Shown in pieces: positions 54,585 through 64,000 of a stretch of DNA of 64,000 nucleotides. Position numbers and translations under genes: made by a program. This DNA is from a virus. The notes under the pieces were generated by a model, which saw only the letters and a program-made list of their open reading frames with translations, searched no databases and had not been told where the DNA came from. Every line of letters begins with the position of its first letter. Position 1 is the first letter of the stretch. The stretch lies in IMG/VR virus record IMGVR_UViG_3300010400_000006, positions 3,493 to 67,492 of that record. One strand, given 5' to 3'.

Positions 54585-57488
54585 TTACCTTAGCCGAATA
54601 ATACGTGTTCCATCCCCGTCCACATCTCCGTCCCCATCACCATCGATCCTGTCGTCCAGACGGTCATCAGCCCCATCTCCAACCCCATAACCATGGCCCC
54701 CGGCATGGTATTCCTTGAGGGTCATGCCGCCCTTTCCACCCTCACGAGGAACCTGAACCAGACCAGAACCGGCGATCAGGCCGCCATACTCACCCGTGTC
54801 CATCTGGCGGAGAACGAAGCCCATGATGTAATAGACCTTGTTTTGCGTTCCAGGTCGCTTGAACTTTTGGATGTCGTATCCATTGGCCCTGCACTTCTCT
54901 GGCATCGAATGCCCCTTGACCCGACTCCTCCGTTCGATACCGTTCATTTCGCACCAGGACTCGTACTGCCTGTACACATCAGAAGTTTCGACCCGAGCGC
55001 CTTCGATTGGCAGAAGCTGCTGATTCATGAACGTGTGCCACTCCGAAACCCCGCCTCGGAACTCCTGGATAGCATCGACCACGACAGCAGGCAGGTCATC
55101 AATGCCCTCACGGACATATCCGATGTACCCCTCGACCAACCAGCTGAGTACCGCCGTACGAGCTCCGACGTCCGTCTGCAGCACCACCGAGGCGTTCTTT
55201 TTCTGGTTGCCATCGAGCATCTGGACATTGAATGGCACCACAATAACGCGCTGCCAGAGCGCGCTGTCCGCTCCGGCGATCGTGGGCGAGGAGTTGGTTG
55301 CCACGAATGGCACGAAGGCAGGTGCCCGCTCCAGGAACACGTTGCTGTGCAGGTTGCGGGCCTTGATCTGGTCGACGCCGCCGACCATCCGCTTGATGGT
55401 GTCCGCATGCAGGTGCCATTCGGCGTCACCCTCAGTTGCAGTGATGATGCGCCGGGTGAGCGCCTCCACGATGTCCGGGCGGGGAGCCTCGGTCATGGAC
55501 TCCCGGAACATGCTCAAGTTGAAGCTCTTGGCGTATCGGCCGAGCGCCGCCGAGACAGCCTCGAGGATTGTGGACTTGCCGGTACTGGTCAGGCCCTGCA
55601 GGAACACGATTTTTCGCTCGGGGTTCGCACCCATCAACGAGTAGCCGAACAAGCGTTGGATGAACCAGCGCAACTCGAGGTTCGGAATGAAGGTGTCGAG
55701 ATAGTCTTCCCAGACAGCCCGACCATGCACATAGGCTGCGCCGAGACCGCCGGGAACGAGTGTGTCCCAGGGGAAGTACTCCAGGCCGGTGTAGTTCAGC
55801 GAGTAGTCCTCTAGTTCACTGCCGCGCTCACGAACTCCCAGATGCAAGCCATCAGGTCCGAAGTGCTCGGCCAGTTTAGTGCCACGTGGCAGGAGCTCCA
55901 GGGTGCTGCCGAGACAGGTCAACAGGTACGGATTGGCATCGAACTTGTCCATCGGAACGCTGACCTTAGCGAAAGAACGGGCCACCGAGAGCATGCCGTT
56001 GATGCGAGCGATGTTCCCGGTCTGCACCGCGAAGTCCCGCATGCGGTCAGCCTTGCGTGTGGCCTTGTCCTTCTCGTCGCCGTCCTCCATGCCCTTTGCA
56101 CTCGCGAACAGCTTGCCGGCCGCACGATCCAAGCGCGGTCCGATCAGCCGCGCCTTGCCGACAGCCATGCTGGTGTCGTCCAGCCGCCAGACGTTGGCGC
56201 CGTCCTCCATGTCCCAGACCAGCCACTTTTCGTAGCCGCTGCCCCAGATCATCTGGCCGTTGACCATTTCGATCAGGTGCTCAGCATTGCCCGTGTCATT
56301 GAGCGCGTACGTTGCCGGATCACGTTCGGACCCTTCCGCCCCGTCACCGTCGGCAGCGGCGTCCCAACACGCACAGGGGGCCGTAGCGGGGTCCGGACGG
56401 GCCGCCGCGCGCTCAACCGCGCCCCGGTATTCACGGAACCATTCATTCTGTGCAGCAGAGTGCGAGCGCCGACCTTGCACCTCATCGAAGAACGCGACCT
56501 GTAGCTCATGGACGGCTGTGCGCAGCCCGATGTGGCCCTCGGCCGCAAGGTGGAACATCTCCATGAGCCGGTCACGCGAGGCGTCGTGCGCGCCGTTCGG
56601 CAGGTCCTCCAGGGCGCGGTCGATGACCTTGCGCATTATCTGGCAGGGCTCGCCGTTGACGTCCGGCCGGCCATCAATCCAGGACCCGGCCGCATCATCG
56701 TCCAGGTCAACGCGCGGTGTGTCCTTGTAGGCGGAGAACCCGCGCGTCAGATAGTCCACCCATGCGTCCGGCAGGTACGGCAGGTCCTCGACGCTGGGCA
56801 CGAATGGTGCGTCGTGACGTATCCCGCCGAGGTCGATCCATTCCTGCTTATCAGCCCAGACTCGACCCTCGCCATCAACACCACCATGTCCGCTGAGTCC
56901 GCGCGGCGTCAACCAGCGGTAAACCTCTCCGAGCCGACCATTCATGCTGGGCCAGACCACCGAGTACCGGTGCCCCCAGCGCACGATTTCGATGTGCGGA
57001 CCGGGCTTGTCGTCCCAGTCCAGGAGCTTCGGTGACTGCTCAGGCTTGATGCGGAAGAACCGCTGACCGCTCGGGTTGTCCCAGCCGCGCGCGGTTGACC
57101 GCCAGGTGTCCGGCAGCGGACCGAGCACCTCTTCAAGCGCTGCGAGGGATTCGCCACCCCGCTTGCGCTTGGTCTCACCAGTCTTCTTGTCGACGTAGTC
57201 GTAGTCATCGACGTCAACAGCGAGCGTCAGTTCGTTGTGCACGATGGCGATATTGCCGGTGCCCTGCTTCTGGCGCGCAACCCGGTCCAACCATGCAATG
57301 TACTGGTCCTTCTTGGGCACGGTTGGATTCCGGCCGGAGAAGCCGGTCGGTGGCGGGTCCTGCTTGCCGTATGGTAGCGGGATAACAGACTTCCAACCCG
57401 CCCGCTTGTAATTGTTCACTCGCGGCACCGAAAACGGTGGCAAGTCCCGTTCACCATCGAACGGGTACGGCAGGTCAATGACTGTCAC
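54585..57488 (-). CDS. primase-polymerase (AEP) / D5-like SF3 helicase fusion
   Basis: GNIAI..AVDVD, STARG, YSVVWPS; NDTGNA; GLTSTGKST, ATNSSP, DSALWQRV. Confidence 0.92.
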   Translation of the reverse strand: MTVIDLPYPFDGERDLPPFSVPRVNNYKRAGWKSVIPLPYGKQDPPPTGFSGRNPTVPKKDQYIAWLDRVARQKQGTGNIAIVHNELTLAVDVDDYDYVDKKTGETKRKRGGESLAALEEVLGPLPDTWRSTARGWDNPSGQRFFRIKPEQSPKLLDWDDKPGPHIEIVRWGHRYSVVWPSMNGRLGEVYRWLTPRGLSGHGGVDGEGRVWADKQEWIDLGGIRHDAPFVPSVEDLPYLPDAWVDYLTRGFSAYKDTPRVDLDDDAAGSWIDGRPDVNGEPCQIMRKVIDRALEDLPNGAHDASRDRLMEMFHLAAEGHIGLRTAVHELQVAFFDEVQGRRSHSAAQNEWFREYRGAVERAAARPDPATAPCACWDAAADGDGAEGSERDPATYALNDTGNAEHLIEMVNGQMIWGSGYEKWLVWDMEDGANVWRLDDTSMAVGKARLIGPRLDRAAGKLFASAKGMEDGDEKDKATRKADRMRDFAVQTGNIARINGMLSVARSFAKVSVPMDKFDANPYLLTCLGSTLELLPRGTKLAEHFGPDGLHLGVRERGSELEDYSLNYTGLEYFPWDTLVPGGLGAAYVHGRAVWEDYLDTFIPNLELRWFIQRLFGYSLMGANPERKIVFLQGLTSTGKSTILEAVSAALGRYAKSFNLSMFRESMTEAPRPDIVEALTRRIITATEGDAEWHLHADTIKRMVGGVDQIKARNLHSNVFLERAPAFVPFVATNSSPTIAGADSALWQRVIVVPFNVQMLDGNQKKNASVVLQTDVGARTAVLSWLVEGYIGYVREGIDDLPAVVVDAIQEFRGGVSEWHTFMNQQLLPIEGARVETSDVYRQYESWCEMNGIERRSRVKGHSMPEKCRANGYDIQKFKRPGTQNKVYYIMGFVLRQMDTGEYGGLIAGSGLVQVPREGGKGGMTLKEYHAGGHGYGVGDGADDRLDDRIDGDGDGDVDGDGTRIIRLR

Positions 57489-57741
57489 TTGCAGATCTCC
57501 GTTCCAACTGGAAACCCGCAAGGGGCTCCAATGTGCTTGAGCCCTGAAACAATCGTCTTGCGTACCGCGCGCGACCGGCTACGTACCGGTATACTAGGCA
57601 CCGATCAGCCACCTCTCGTGATCGACGACGGCCCGGCCAGGAAAGTCGTCAGATAGATAGCGGTGCCCCGACTCCCTCGTATCCGCGTAGCGCTCACGGC
57701 GGAAAACTTGGGAGCCGGGGCACCCCTAGTCTAGCCTCCAG

Positions 57742-58455
57742 CTAACTGGCCCTAGAAGGCCTTCGAGGCGGCTGGTAATACGGGCCCTGCACGACCTGGC
57801 CACCGACGACGATCTCGCCGAAAAGATGCGGCCAGGCCTGTGCACGAAGCGCGCGGCCCTTCTCGCCGGACTTGCACTTCCGTAGGAACGTGAGGTTGTG
57901 TCGGTCCGCATCACGGGCGTGCACTTGGCTGCCCTCGGACCTGTAGAAGTTCCAGGCCTTCAACCGCGCGTCGGTGACGGTGGTCTTGGCCTCCGATGGC
58001 TGTTGCCTGAACGAAGACATGAATCTCAGATACAGCCCGTAGTCAATGCCCGCCGTGACGCGGACCGGTGACAGGAATGCTCGGGACTGGTCGTACCGCC
58101 GGACCACGAAGTCCTCAATCCCGACCATCGTGCCCGGCCAGACATCGACCAGTTCCAAGCATTCGTGCACACCAGCTGCCTCGCCAGAGATCGAGACGCC
58201 GTTGCCGAATTCGTCCTCGGAAGCTTCCGCGGCCGAAACCCCGGCATTACCGCGCGTCGCCCCACAGTCAATCTGTCCGTGCGACCAACTCTCGATGTTC
58301 TCAAGGATCTTGATGGTCGGGTCCGCCAAGGCTTCCGGATGCACCTGCATGATGCTCCATCCGGTCGTTTCGCCTGGGTCGAACCACATCGAGACCGCCG
58401 AGTCTGACATCTCCCGCAACTTGAGCGGTTGGAGCCGGTTAACTCTGTGGCCCAT
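57742..58455 (-). CDS. RuvC-like Holliday junction resolvase
   Basis: WFDPGETTGW, IEDF, HARDADRH. Confidence 0.75.
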   Translation of the reverse strand: MGHRVNRLQPLKLREMSDSAVSMWFDPGETTGWSIMQVHPEALADPTIKILENIESWSHGQIDCGATRGNAGVSAAEASEDEFGNGVSISGEAAGVHECLELVDVWPGTMVGIEDFVVRRYDQSRAFLSPVRVTAGIDYGLYLRFMSSFRQQPSEAKTTVTDARLKAWNFYRSEGSQVHARDADRHNLTFLRKCKSGEKGRALRAQAWPHLFGEIVVGGQVVQGPYYQPPRRPSRAS

Positions 58456-58948
58456 CGATCACCTCCTTGGCAATCGCCGTGACGCCCGGCATGCGGTACT
58501 CGTTGTCGATCTTGACCGTGAGATCGATGTGCTCCGCCACACTCTGGCGGAGAGCCGCCTTCTCCTCGGAGCTCCGATCCTCCCAGGCCTTGTTGGCGTC
58601 GGCGATCGGAGTATCAGACCGGTATGGCGGCTTGTCCTCGTCTCCAGCCCGGGAGCGCGGCTTGAGCTGGTTGTTGCCCTCCTCGACCTCGCAGGCCTCG
58701 CCCCAGCCTTCCTTGTGGCCGATGAGGTAGGCCTCGACCCGACCCTGCACCGAGTCCTCCATGGCCTCCTTCCGGATGCGCTCGATGGCCGCGAGGATCT
58801 GCTTGGCCGCCGTACCCCGGCGACCATTCTGTGCCATCGTGATGGCGTTGTAGATCACCGACCATTCACCAGGGTTGGTGAGGTACGCCGGCACCTCGAC
58901 ATCGACCAGATGCTCCTTGGACACGATGTCGGTCATGTTGAACTTCAT
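58439..58948 (-). CDS. hypothetical protein
   Basis: 169 aa. Confidence 0.7.
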   Translation of the reverse strand: MKFNMTDIVSKEHLVDVEVPAYLTNPGEWSVIYNAITMAQNGRRGTAAKQILAAIERIRKEAMEDSVQGRVEAYLIGHKEGWGEACEVEEGNNQLKPRSRAGDEDKPPYRSDTPIADANKAWEDRSSEEKAALRQSVAEHIDLTVKIDNEYRMPGVTAIAKEVIDGPQS

Positions 58949-59118
58949 AGTGCTGTTCCTCCTTCGTCTTCCCAGACATCCGTGTCGACGTCGATCTCGA
59001 CCTTCTCCACTGCTGCCTGGCGGAGAGCCGACCCGATTCGACGCTCCTCGATCTCGCTCACGTGCCCCTCCAACGTCTCGATCTCGGCTGCTCGCTCGGA
59101 GTCGTACCTGTTACACAT
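58945..59118 (-). CDS. hypothetical protein
   Basis: 57 aa from ATG 59118. Confidence 0.55.
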   Translation of the reverse strand: MCNRYDSERAAEIETLEGHVSEIEERRIGSALRQAAVEKVEIDVDTDVWEDEGGTAL

Positions 59119-59128
59119 GACGCTCCGA

Positions 59129-59632
59129 TCAGCCGAGATTGATGTCGTGCTCCAGATCAGCAATGATCCGTTCGATGTCCGTGGACATGTGTGAAAGCAG
59201 CAGGTCACGGGTCATCTGCTTGTTGCCGACCTGCCCGACGAACTTCGGGGTTTCGCGAGCCTGCCTCTTGAAGACAGTTCGGAGCACGTACCGCATGGCG
59301 TAAACGTACGCATCCCGCTCGACGCGAGCCGCGAGCTCTCGGGCCACCTGCAGCCGGTCCTCGTGCTCCTGGCCCGCGTCGCCGGTGTCGAGCTCTGCCA
59401 GCAGCCGTCGCAGCCGCTGTGTGTTCGACTCCTCGACGACCTCGGCCTGCACGACCTCGGGTGCCGGCACGATCAGCCCGGCGGGCGTCGTGGTCTCGGA
59501 CTCGATCAACTCTCGGTGATCGAACTTGGCCGATCCCATGTCCTGGATCATCGGGATCGCTCGGCGATCCACCTTCATCGGAACCAGATTGTCTGCGAAA
59601 TGCGGAAGATCCGGCAATTCCTTATTCGGCAT
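59129..59632 (-). CDS. hypothetical protein
   Basis: 167 aa, TAATG coupling. Confidence 0.7.
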   Translation of the reverse strand: MPNKELPDLPHFADNLVPMKVDRRAIPMIQDMGSAKFDHRELIESETTTPAGLIVPAPEVVQAEVVEESNTQRLRRLLAELDTGDAGQEHEDRLQVARELAARVERDAYVYAMRYVLRTVFKRQARETPKFVGQVGNKQMTRDLLLSHMSTDIERIIADLEHDINLG

Positions 59633-59916
59633 TACACCACCCTGTTCAGTTCGGCCACAATCAGATTGATCTGGTCATGTGCATCGCGGCCATCTCGGCC
59701 ACCGTACCCGACGCCATCCAGGAATCGGGAGCTCTCCGCCAGCAGCAGGACGCGCTCGAGGCCATCGTGGAGCCGAGTCAGGCGCTGCTCGTACTCGGCG
59801 AGCTGCGCACCCTGCTCGGCCAGCAGGCGTTCCTGCAGAGCCGCAGCTGTAGCTCCGATCTGCTCTGGAACACAAGCCTGGCCGAACAGGCGCGGTGGCT
59901 CTACGCGTCCTCCCAT
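59632..59916 (-). CDS. coiled-coil hypothetical protein
   Basis: RBS GGAGG. Confidence 0.6.
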   Translation of the reverse strand: MGGRVEPPRLFGQACVPEQIGATAAALQERLLAEQGAQLAEYEQRLTRLHDGLERVLLLAESSRFLDGVGYGGRDGRDAHDQINLIVAELNRVV

Positions 59917-60341
59917 GCCCCTCCGTTCAGTTCGATCAGCCGACGGAGCAACCGCGCGTTGTAGAACGGCACCGACCTCCAGTCGTACAGGTCGTTCTCG
60001 ATCTCGATCTGTCGGTCGGACTTGGGACCGGTGACGTAGATCCAACGCACCGGACCGACGGCCTGTGCCGTCTGCGAGTTGTCCGGGTAGTCGCCGACGA
60101 CCTGGCATCCGTTCGACATCCAGAAGGAGCCGCAGTGCTTGCAGCCCCAACCGGAACCAGGCCCAGCGTCACGCGGGTAGACCTCCGGCGGAAAACACAT
60201 GTGCGACAGCGGCACGATGCTGACCCAGCCGCCGACGTTCGAGACGGTCTTCTTGAACTCGACCGCCTGTTCTTCGCGCTCGGCGAGCGCACCGCCGACC
60301 CAGGCCGCCTGGGTCTGGCGTCTTCCGAATTTGCCCATCAC
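59901..60341 (-). CDS. hypothetical protein (HxC...CxxC)
   Basis: 146 aa. Confidence 0.7.
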   Translation of the reverse strand: MMGKFGRRQTQAAWVGGALAEREEQAVEFKKTVSNVGGWVSIVPLSHMCFPPEVYPRDAGPGSGWGCKHCGSFWMSNGCQVVGDYPDNSQTAQAVGPVRWIYVTGPKSDRQIEIENDLYDWRSVPFYNARLLRRLIELNGGAWEDA

Positions 60342-60871
60342 TTATTCTCCCTCTTGGTCTTGCCGGGCTTGCCGGACATAGCCGTCGGGTTTACGCCCAC
60401 GGACCCCGGCAACGCGTAGGCGTCGGTGCCAGGGGCTTGCAAAAGGCCGTCAACGTCGGCGGGCTTGAGGTAGCCGACGGCCCCGGCGTCCTTGAAGATC
60501 TTGTAGTTGCCGAGCAACTCGATCGCCATACCGATGCTGCTGGCGTGATCGGTGGGCCACATGTCCGGCCAATTCTCCGCCAGGTGGTCCGCCAGCTTGC
60601 CGAGCTCGGTCCGGTATGCCTCGCAGGAGGCAGTCAGCGACTTGATATCGGCATGCAGCTCGACCTCGTTCTGCTCGTGCTTGATGATGCGCTGGATCTC
60701 GTCCTGGCCGACGTCGAGCTGCTCCTTGTAGAGCCGCCAGATCTCGATCTCCTGCGCAGTGGCTGGACGCTTGGCCCGCACGCCTCCGGACGGCTCCAGG
60801 AAGCACACGTGCTCGCCCTCGACCCGCCAGTTGAGCTGATTGAACGCGGGCCTAGCGTTGTGTTCGGTCAT
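60338..60871 (-). CDS. hypothetical protein
   Basis: RBS GAGGAG. Confidence 0.7.
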   Translation of the reverse strand: MTEHNARPAFNQLNWRVEGEHVCFLEPSGGVRAKRPATAQEIEIWRLYKEQLDVGQDEIQRIIKHEQNEVELHADIKSLTASCEAYRTELGKLADHLAENWPDMWPTDHASSIGMAIELLGNYKIFKDAGAVGYLKPADVDGLLQAPGTDAYALPGSVGVNPTAMSGKPGKTKRENK

Positions 60872-61244
60872 CGTTCTCCTCTGCTGCATAGTAGACGTGC
60901 GTCCAGCGGTGCTCACGCTTGCCCCAGGTGGTGAGGCGGGTGTACCGCATCCACCAGCGCCCACAGGGCTTGCAATCCCAGAGCCCGTGGAACTTCTCGC
61001 CCTCCGCCAGGAACCTGTTGACCAGATCCATGTCGGGCTCGATGATCTCTACGAGATCATCTCGACCCATGTTGAGGTGGCAGGACCGCTTCAGCGACGG
61101 CTTGTCGACGTCGTCTCGGCTCGGGCAGTGCGGGAACTTGGGCTTGACCGGTCGGTTGATCTTGTGGTAGTTGTTGGTCGGCTTCGCGCGCTCCGGACCA
61201 GCCTGCCGGGTTGCAGCCGAGAAGTTGGTCCGCACGCCGCTCAC
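60852..61244 (-). CDS. hypothetical protein (CxxC)
   Basis: GTGA overlap with the ThyX stop. Confidence 0.65.
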   Translation of the reverse strand: MSGVRTNFSAATRQAGPERAKPTNNYHKINRPVKPKFPHCPSRDDVDKPSLKRSCHLNMGRDDLVEIIEPDMDLVNRFLAEGEKFHGLWDCKPCGRWWMRYTRLTTWGKREHRWTHVYYAAEENDDRTQR

Positions 61245-62488
61245 CGCGCTGCCCCCGGATCGGCCAGCCATTCACGGGCCTGGATGGCGCCGATGAAGAC
61301 CGGCTTTCCGTTCGGAGTTGTGACCACCGACTGTGCACCAACACCGGCCACGATCGGGTTGCCCTCGACCACGTCATACTCCTCGATCCACTCGGCGGAA
61401 GACCGGCCGATCTTGGCGTTGGCATCGACTCGGTTCCGAATGCTGCAGGCCCGGTCGAAGTCCGCCTTCATCACGCAGGAACCGACCTGGTAGCACACCG
61501 GCCGCAGCAGGTCCGCCAGCGCATCGAACTGCCAGGCCGAAGACCTGTCCTCGGTCCAACTGCCGCCGGTTCCGTCCTTCGTCCGAACCTCGTAGGTCTT
61601 CTTCTGGCCGTAGGCCCGAATCGCCTCGGCCATCTTGGCCAGCACCAACCGCCATTCGAACTGCGCCTGCGTGCAGAGCCGGTTGCCAGCATGGTCGAGC
61701 AGACCGCGGAAGTTCGTGACGTAGTTCAGCCGCGTTGCGATGTTCGTGGGGAGCAAACCCCGCGCGTCCTCGGCCGGCATGCCGTCGTCAACCAGGTGCT
61801 TGTAGGTCCGCTCGAGAACATTCAGAGCTGCGTCCCACTTCTGGCGCCACTTGTCCTTCTTGTCGATCCGACCCATGGCGTCCTGCAGCGCCCGGTACTT
61901 CGGGTCGTTGTCATCCGTGGTCCATTCGATCAGTCCGGTGGAGTCCCGGTACGCCACCCTCCAGGCTTCCTGGGCCTCTTCGACAGCGTGCGGGTCGCTC
62001 CCCGCCAGGGACGGTGGAAGTACCACCCGGTCCGCGAACGAGTCCTCGACGACGGCGAACCGCATCGACTCCTGGGCGTACGCCGCTGTGCGCTGCCGAA
62101 CCATCTGGTGCGTGAAGCCGCGCGTCACACCCTCCAGCATGAAGTGCATCTGGACAGCCTCCAGCGGCATCTTCAGCTTGGTGTTCTGCATCTGCTCCAG
62201 GTAGTGGTGCCGCTCCGCGTCGGTGATGTCCGCGAGGTCTCGAACCACCTCGCCGAGGTACATCTTGGCGCAGGCTGCGATGCTCCCCAACGGATCACTC
62301 GGGGCCGAGAGGAGGGTCGCGGTCGGGCCGGACTGCGTCGTGAGCGTCTCCGAAGCGAACATCGCTTGGTCGGCCCACTTCTGTACCGCCGTAGTTGGGC
62401 CAGGCGTCGTCGGGGTCGCGCGGGGTGGCGATGTCTCCGGTGTGATGGAATCCGACGGGCGGCTGTGCGCTGATTCCTGGTCCATCAT
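61241..62488 (-). CDS. thyX: ThyX-like flavin-dependent thymidylate synthase
   Basis: EGVTRGFTHQMVRQR...QESMRF, EDARGLLP, RLCTQAQFEWR; start uncertain. Confidence 0.85.
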   Translation of the reverse strand: MMDQESAHSRPSDSITPETSPPRATPTTPGPTTAVQKWADQAMFASETLTTQSGPTATLLSAPSDPLGSIAACAKMYLGEVVRDLADITDAERHHYLEQMQNTKLKMPLEAVQMHFMLEGVTRGFTHQMVRQRTAAYAQESMRFAVVEDSFADRVVLPPSLAGSDPHAVEEAQEAWRVAYRDSTGLIEWTTDDNDPKYRALQDAMGRIDKKDKWRQKWDAALNVLERTYKHLVDDGMPAEDARGLLPTNIATRLNYVTNFRGLLDHAGNRLCTQAQFEWRLVLAKMAEAIRAYGQKKTYEVRTKDGTGGSWTEDRSSAWQFDALADLLRPVCYQVGSCVMKADFDRACSIRNRVDANAKIGRSSAEWIEEYDVVEGNPIVAGVGAQSVVTTPNGKPVFIGAIQAREWLADPGAAR

Positions 62489-62867
62489 TCTCCTTCTTGA
62501 TCTTCTCGGTGGCCAAACGCAGTTCTTCGTTGATCTGCTCGACCAACTCGACCTCCGGAGCGCCCAGCAGACTCATGTCGCCCTGGTGCTTGCCCTGCGC
62601 CTCGCAGGCCGTCCGCGAGCCGTGCTCCGGGCAGGTGTTCGGGTAGTCGACGTGGTAGCTCTTCATCGAGAGCCACGGGAACACCGTACGCCCGGTGCTC
62701 TTGCCGTTCTCGTCGACACGGTGGACGTACAGTCCGCCCGCCCGCAGGCTGATGTGCTCACCGTGCTGAAGCTGGACCTCGGTCCATTCACCGTTGTTGT
62801 GGTAGATCGTGTAGGTCGGTGTGTCCACAGCTGCAATCATCTCCGTCCGCATCTCCGCACACGCCAC
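62295..62867 (-). CDS. hypothetical protein overlapping the ThyX 5' end
   Basis: GC3-rich frame; start uncertain. Confidence 0.6.
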   Translation of the reverse strand: MACAEMRTEMIAAVDTPTYTIYHNNGEWTEVQLQHGEHISLRAGGLYVHRVDENGKSTGRTVFPWLSMKSYHVDYPNTCPEHGSRTACEAQGKHQGDMSLLGAPEVELVEQINEELRLATEKIKKENDGPGISAQPPVGFHHTGDIATPRDPDDAWPNYGGTEVGRPSDVRFGDAHDAVRPDRDPPLGPE

Positions 62868-62931
62868 ACGGCGTGATCACTTCGTCGTCCTCGTCGTGTG
62901 TCGGGAAGTCACTGGGGAAATCAACTGTCAT
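62788..62931 (-). CDS. 47-aa acidic Cys-rich protein
   Basis: ATGA overlap; CGVC.....CSCGH. Confidence 0.5.
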   Translation of the reverse strand: MTVDFPSDFPTHDEDDEVITPCGVCGDADGDDCSCGHTDLHDLPQQR

Positions 62932-63041
62932 TCCGGTGACCGTCCGGTGACATGGGCTACCAGCCACACCAGGCCCGCCAAAGCGACAACGGCCACGATC
63001 ACGATCGCCCAGAGCCACCACGGCACCGGGTAGTCAGGCAT
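62928..63041 (-). CDS. 37-aa membrane microprotein
   Basis: MPDYPVPWWLWAIVIVAVVALAGLVWLVAH... Confidence 0.55.
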   Translation of the reverse strand: MPDYPVPWWLWAIVIVAVVALAGLVWLVAHVTGRSPE

Positions 63042-63435
63042 CGCGCAGATTTCCCTTCGTGATGGGGTCGATGATCTCGTCGTCCTCGACCAGGTCGAGG
63101 CGCTGGGTGACCCGGTGCTTCAGAGTGTCCAGCTCCTCGGCACGCAGGTTGAAGGCCTCGACCATCGTGACCTTGCGGGTGGCCTTGGTGCCGTCGTTGC
63201 CGTAGTTGCCGGGCTTCTCGGGAAACGCGTTCACCCGCTCGATGGTCAGCTTCGCGACGTAGTGCACATCGCCGTACTTGGCCTTCCGGGCGAGCTCCAG
63301 ACGCTCAGCGGCCTGCTCCGCACGTATCCTCTCGGTCTCGGCCAGCCGCGCCAGCTTCACCTGTTCAGCAGTCTTTCGCTCCGCGGCCGTGCCGTACTCG
63401 CCCGCTGCGTCCTGTTCCATCTCGCTGTATCCCAT
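63034..63435 (-). CDS. hypothetical protein
   Basis: ATG 63435 overlaps the upstream TGA. Confidence 0.7.
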   Translation of the reverse strand: MGYSEMEQDAAGEYGTAAERKTAEQVKLARLAETERIRAEQAAERLELARKAKYGDVHYVAKLTIERVNAFPEKPGNYGNDGTKATRKVTMVEAFNLRAEELDTLKHRVTQRLDLVEDDEIIDPITKGNLRDA

Positions 63436-63626
63436 CAGTTGCTCGCCCTGGTCAGTACGTGTCTGTTCTTCGTCGGTAGTTCCGGAGCCAACGGCATGCC
63501 CATAACCGTTTGCTGCCACCGATCGGCCTGTCCGATCTTGATGTTCTCCGCCCAGAGCCGTTCCTGGATCTTGTTGATCCTGTGCGCGATCCAGATCGCC
63601 AGGAGGACCGCGAGCCACTTCTGCAT
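63435..63626 (-). CDS. small protein with hydrophobic N-terminus
   Basis: RBS AGGAG. Confidence 0.55.
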   Translation of the reverse strand: MQKWLAVLLAIWIAHRINKIQERLWAENIKIGQADRWQQTVMGMPLAPELPTKNRHVLTRASN

Positions 63627-63740
63627 TTCGTCTCCTACAGCAGATTCTTGAGATTGCCCTGTACCTTCTTCTGGTCTGACTTATACTGCTGATACCTGCC
63701 ATACAGGTACGCAGCCAGTACCAGTCCGATGTACATCAGC

Positions 63741-64000
63741 TCAGTCAACCAACAGCTCCTCGTCGTCATCGTACTCATCATCTGGGTCGATGATGATGAT
63801 ATCAGACGCGTGGATGGAAATTCCGAAGTCGTCGCGCTTCTGGCCGACGATGATCACCACGTGCTTATCGGGCTCCAGAGATTCCAGTGCGTCCTTGAAC
63901 TTGGGGAAGGTCCAGCGGTTGAACCGCAGGTACACGTCCTCGTCGCCGTCGTCGTATCCATGCAGCACACAGGACGTCACCAGATGCGGATCCTTCATCC
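63741..64000 (-). CDS. dnaE: C-terminal OB-fold-like end of a DnaE-type DNA polymerase (truncated by window)
   Basis: YDDGDEDVYLRFNRWTFPKF...HVVIIVG.K..FG.SI; frame open at the edge; replication context. Confidence 0.55.
   Translation of the reverse strand, partial: MKDPHLVTSCVLHGYDDGDEDVYLRFNRWTFPKFKDALESLEPDKHVVIIVGQKRDDFGISIHASDIIIIDPDDEYDDDEELLVD

Noticed and set aside
1-64000. Prophage or temperate lifestyle
   Set aside because: No integrase, repressor, att site or host genes in the window; the unseen remainder cannot be excluded

Overview
High-GC, gene-dense window that reads as most of a tailed (siphovirus-like) actinobacteriophage genome. Essentially all credible genes are on the minus strand; the long plus-strand ORFs are antisense shadows. 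In transcription order (right to left): C-terminus of a probable DnaE-type polymerase, ThyX-like enzyme, RuvC-like resolvase, primase-polymerase/D5-helicase, an iteron-like repeat region, small genes, terminase small subunit, a ~670-nt hairpin-dense non-coding segment, terminase large subunit, portal, seven small basic proteins (five share an N-terminal (F/Y)Nxxx(Q/H)xRDxxG(R/K)(W/F) motif), JAB/MPN+ peptidase, MuF-like protein, scaffold, decoration protein, major capsid, neck and tail genes (candidate +1 frameshift), tape measure, minor tails, holins and a GH25-like endolysin. Then come a compositionally odd 1.2-kb control region, many small early genes (with a hammerhead ribozyme and a tRNA-like RNA with an expanded anticodon arm), SNF2 helicase, Cas4-like nuclease, AAA/RecA-like ATPase, SSB-like protein and a putative nucleotide-modification cluster. 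No integrase, repressor or lysin B is visible, so a lytic phage of a non-mycolic actinomycete is inferred. All calls come from motif recognition by eye; no searches or folding programs were run.
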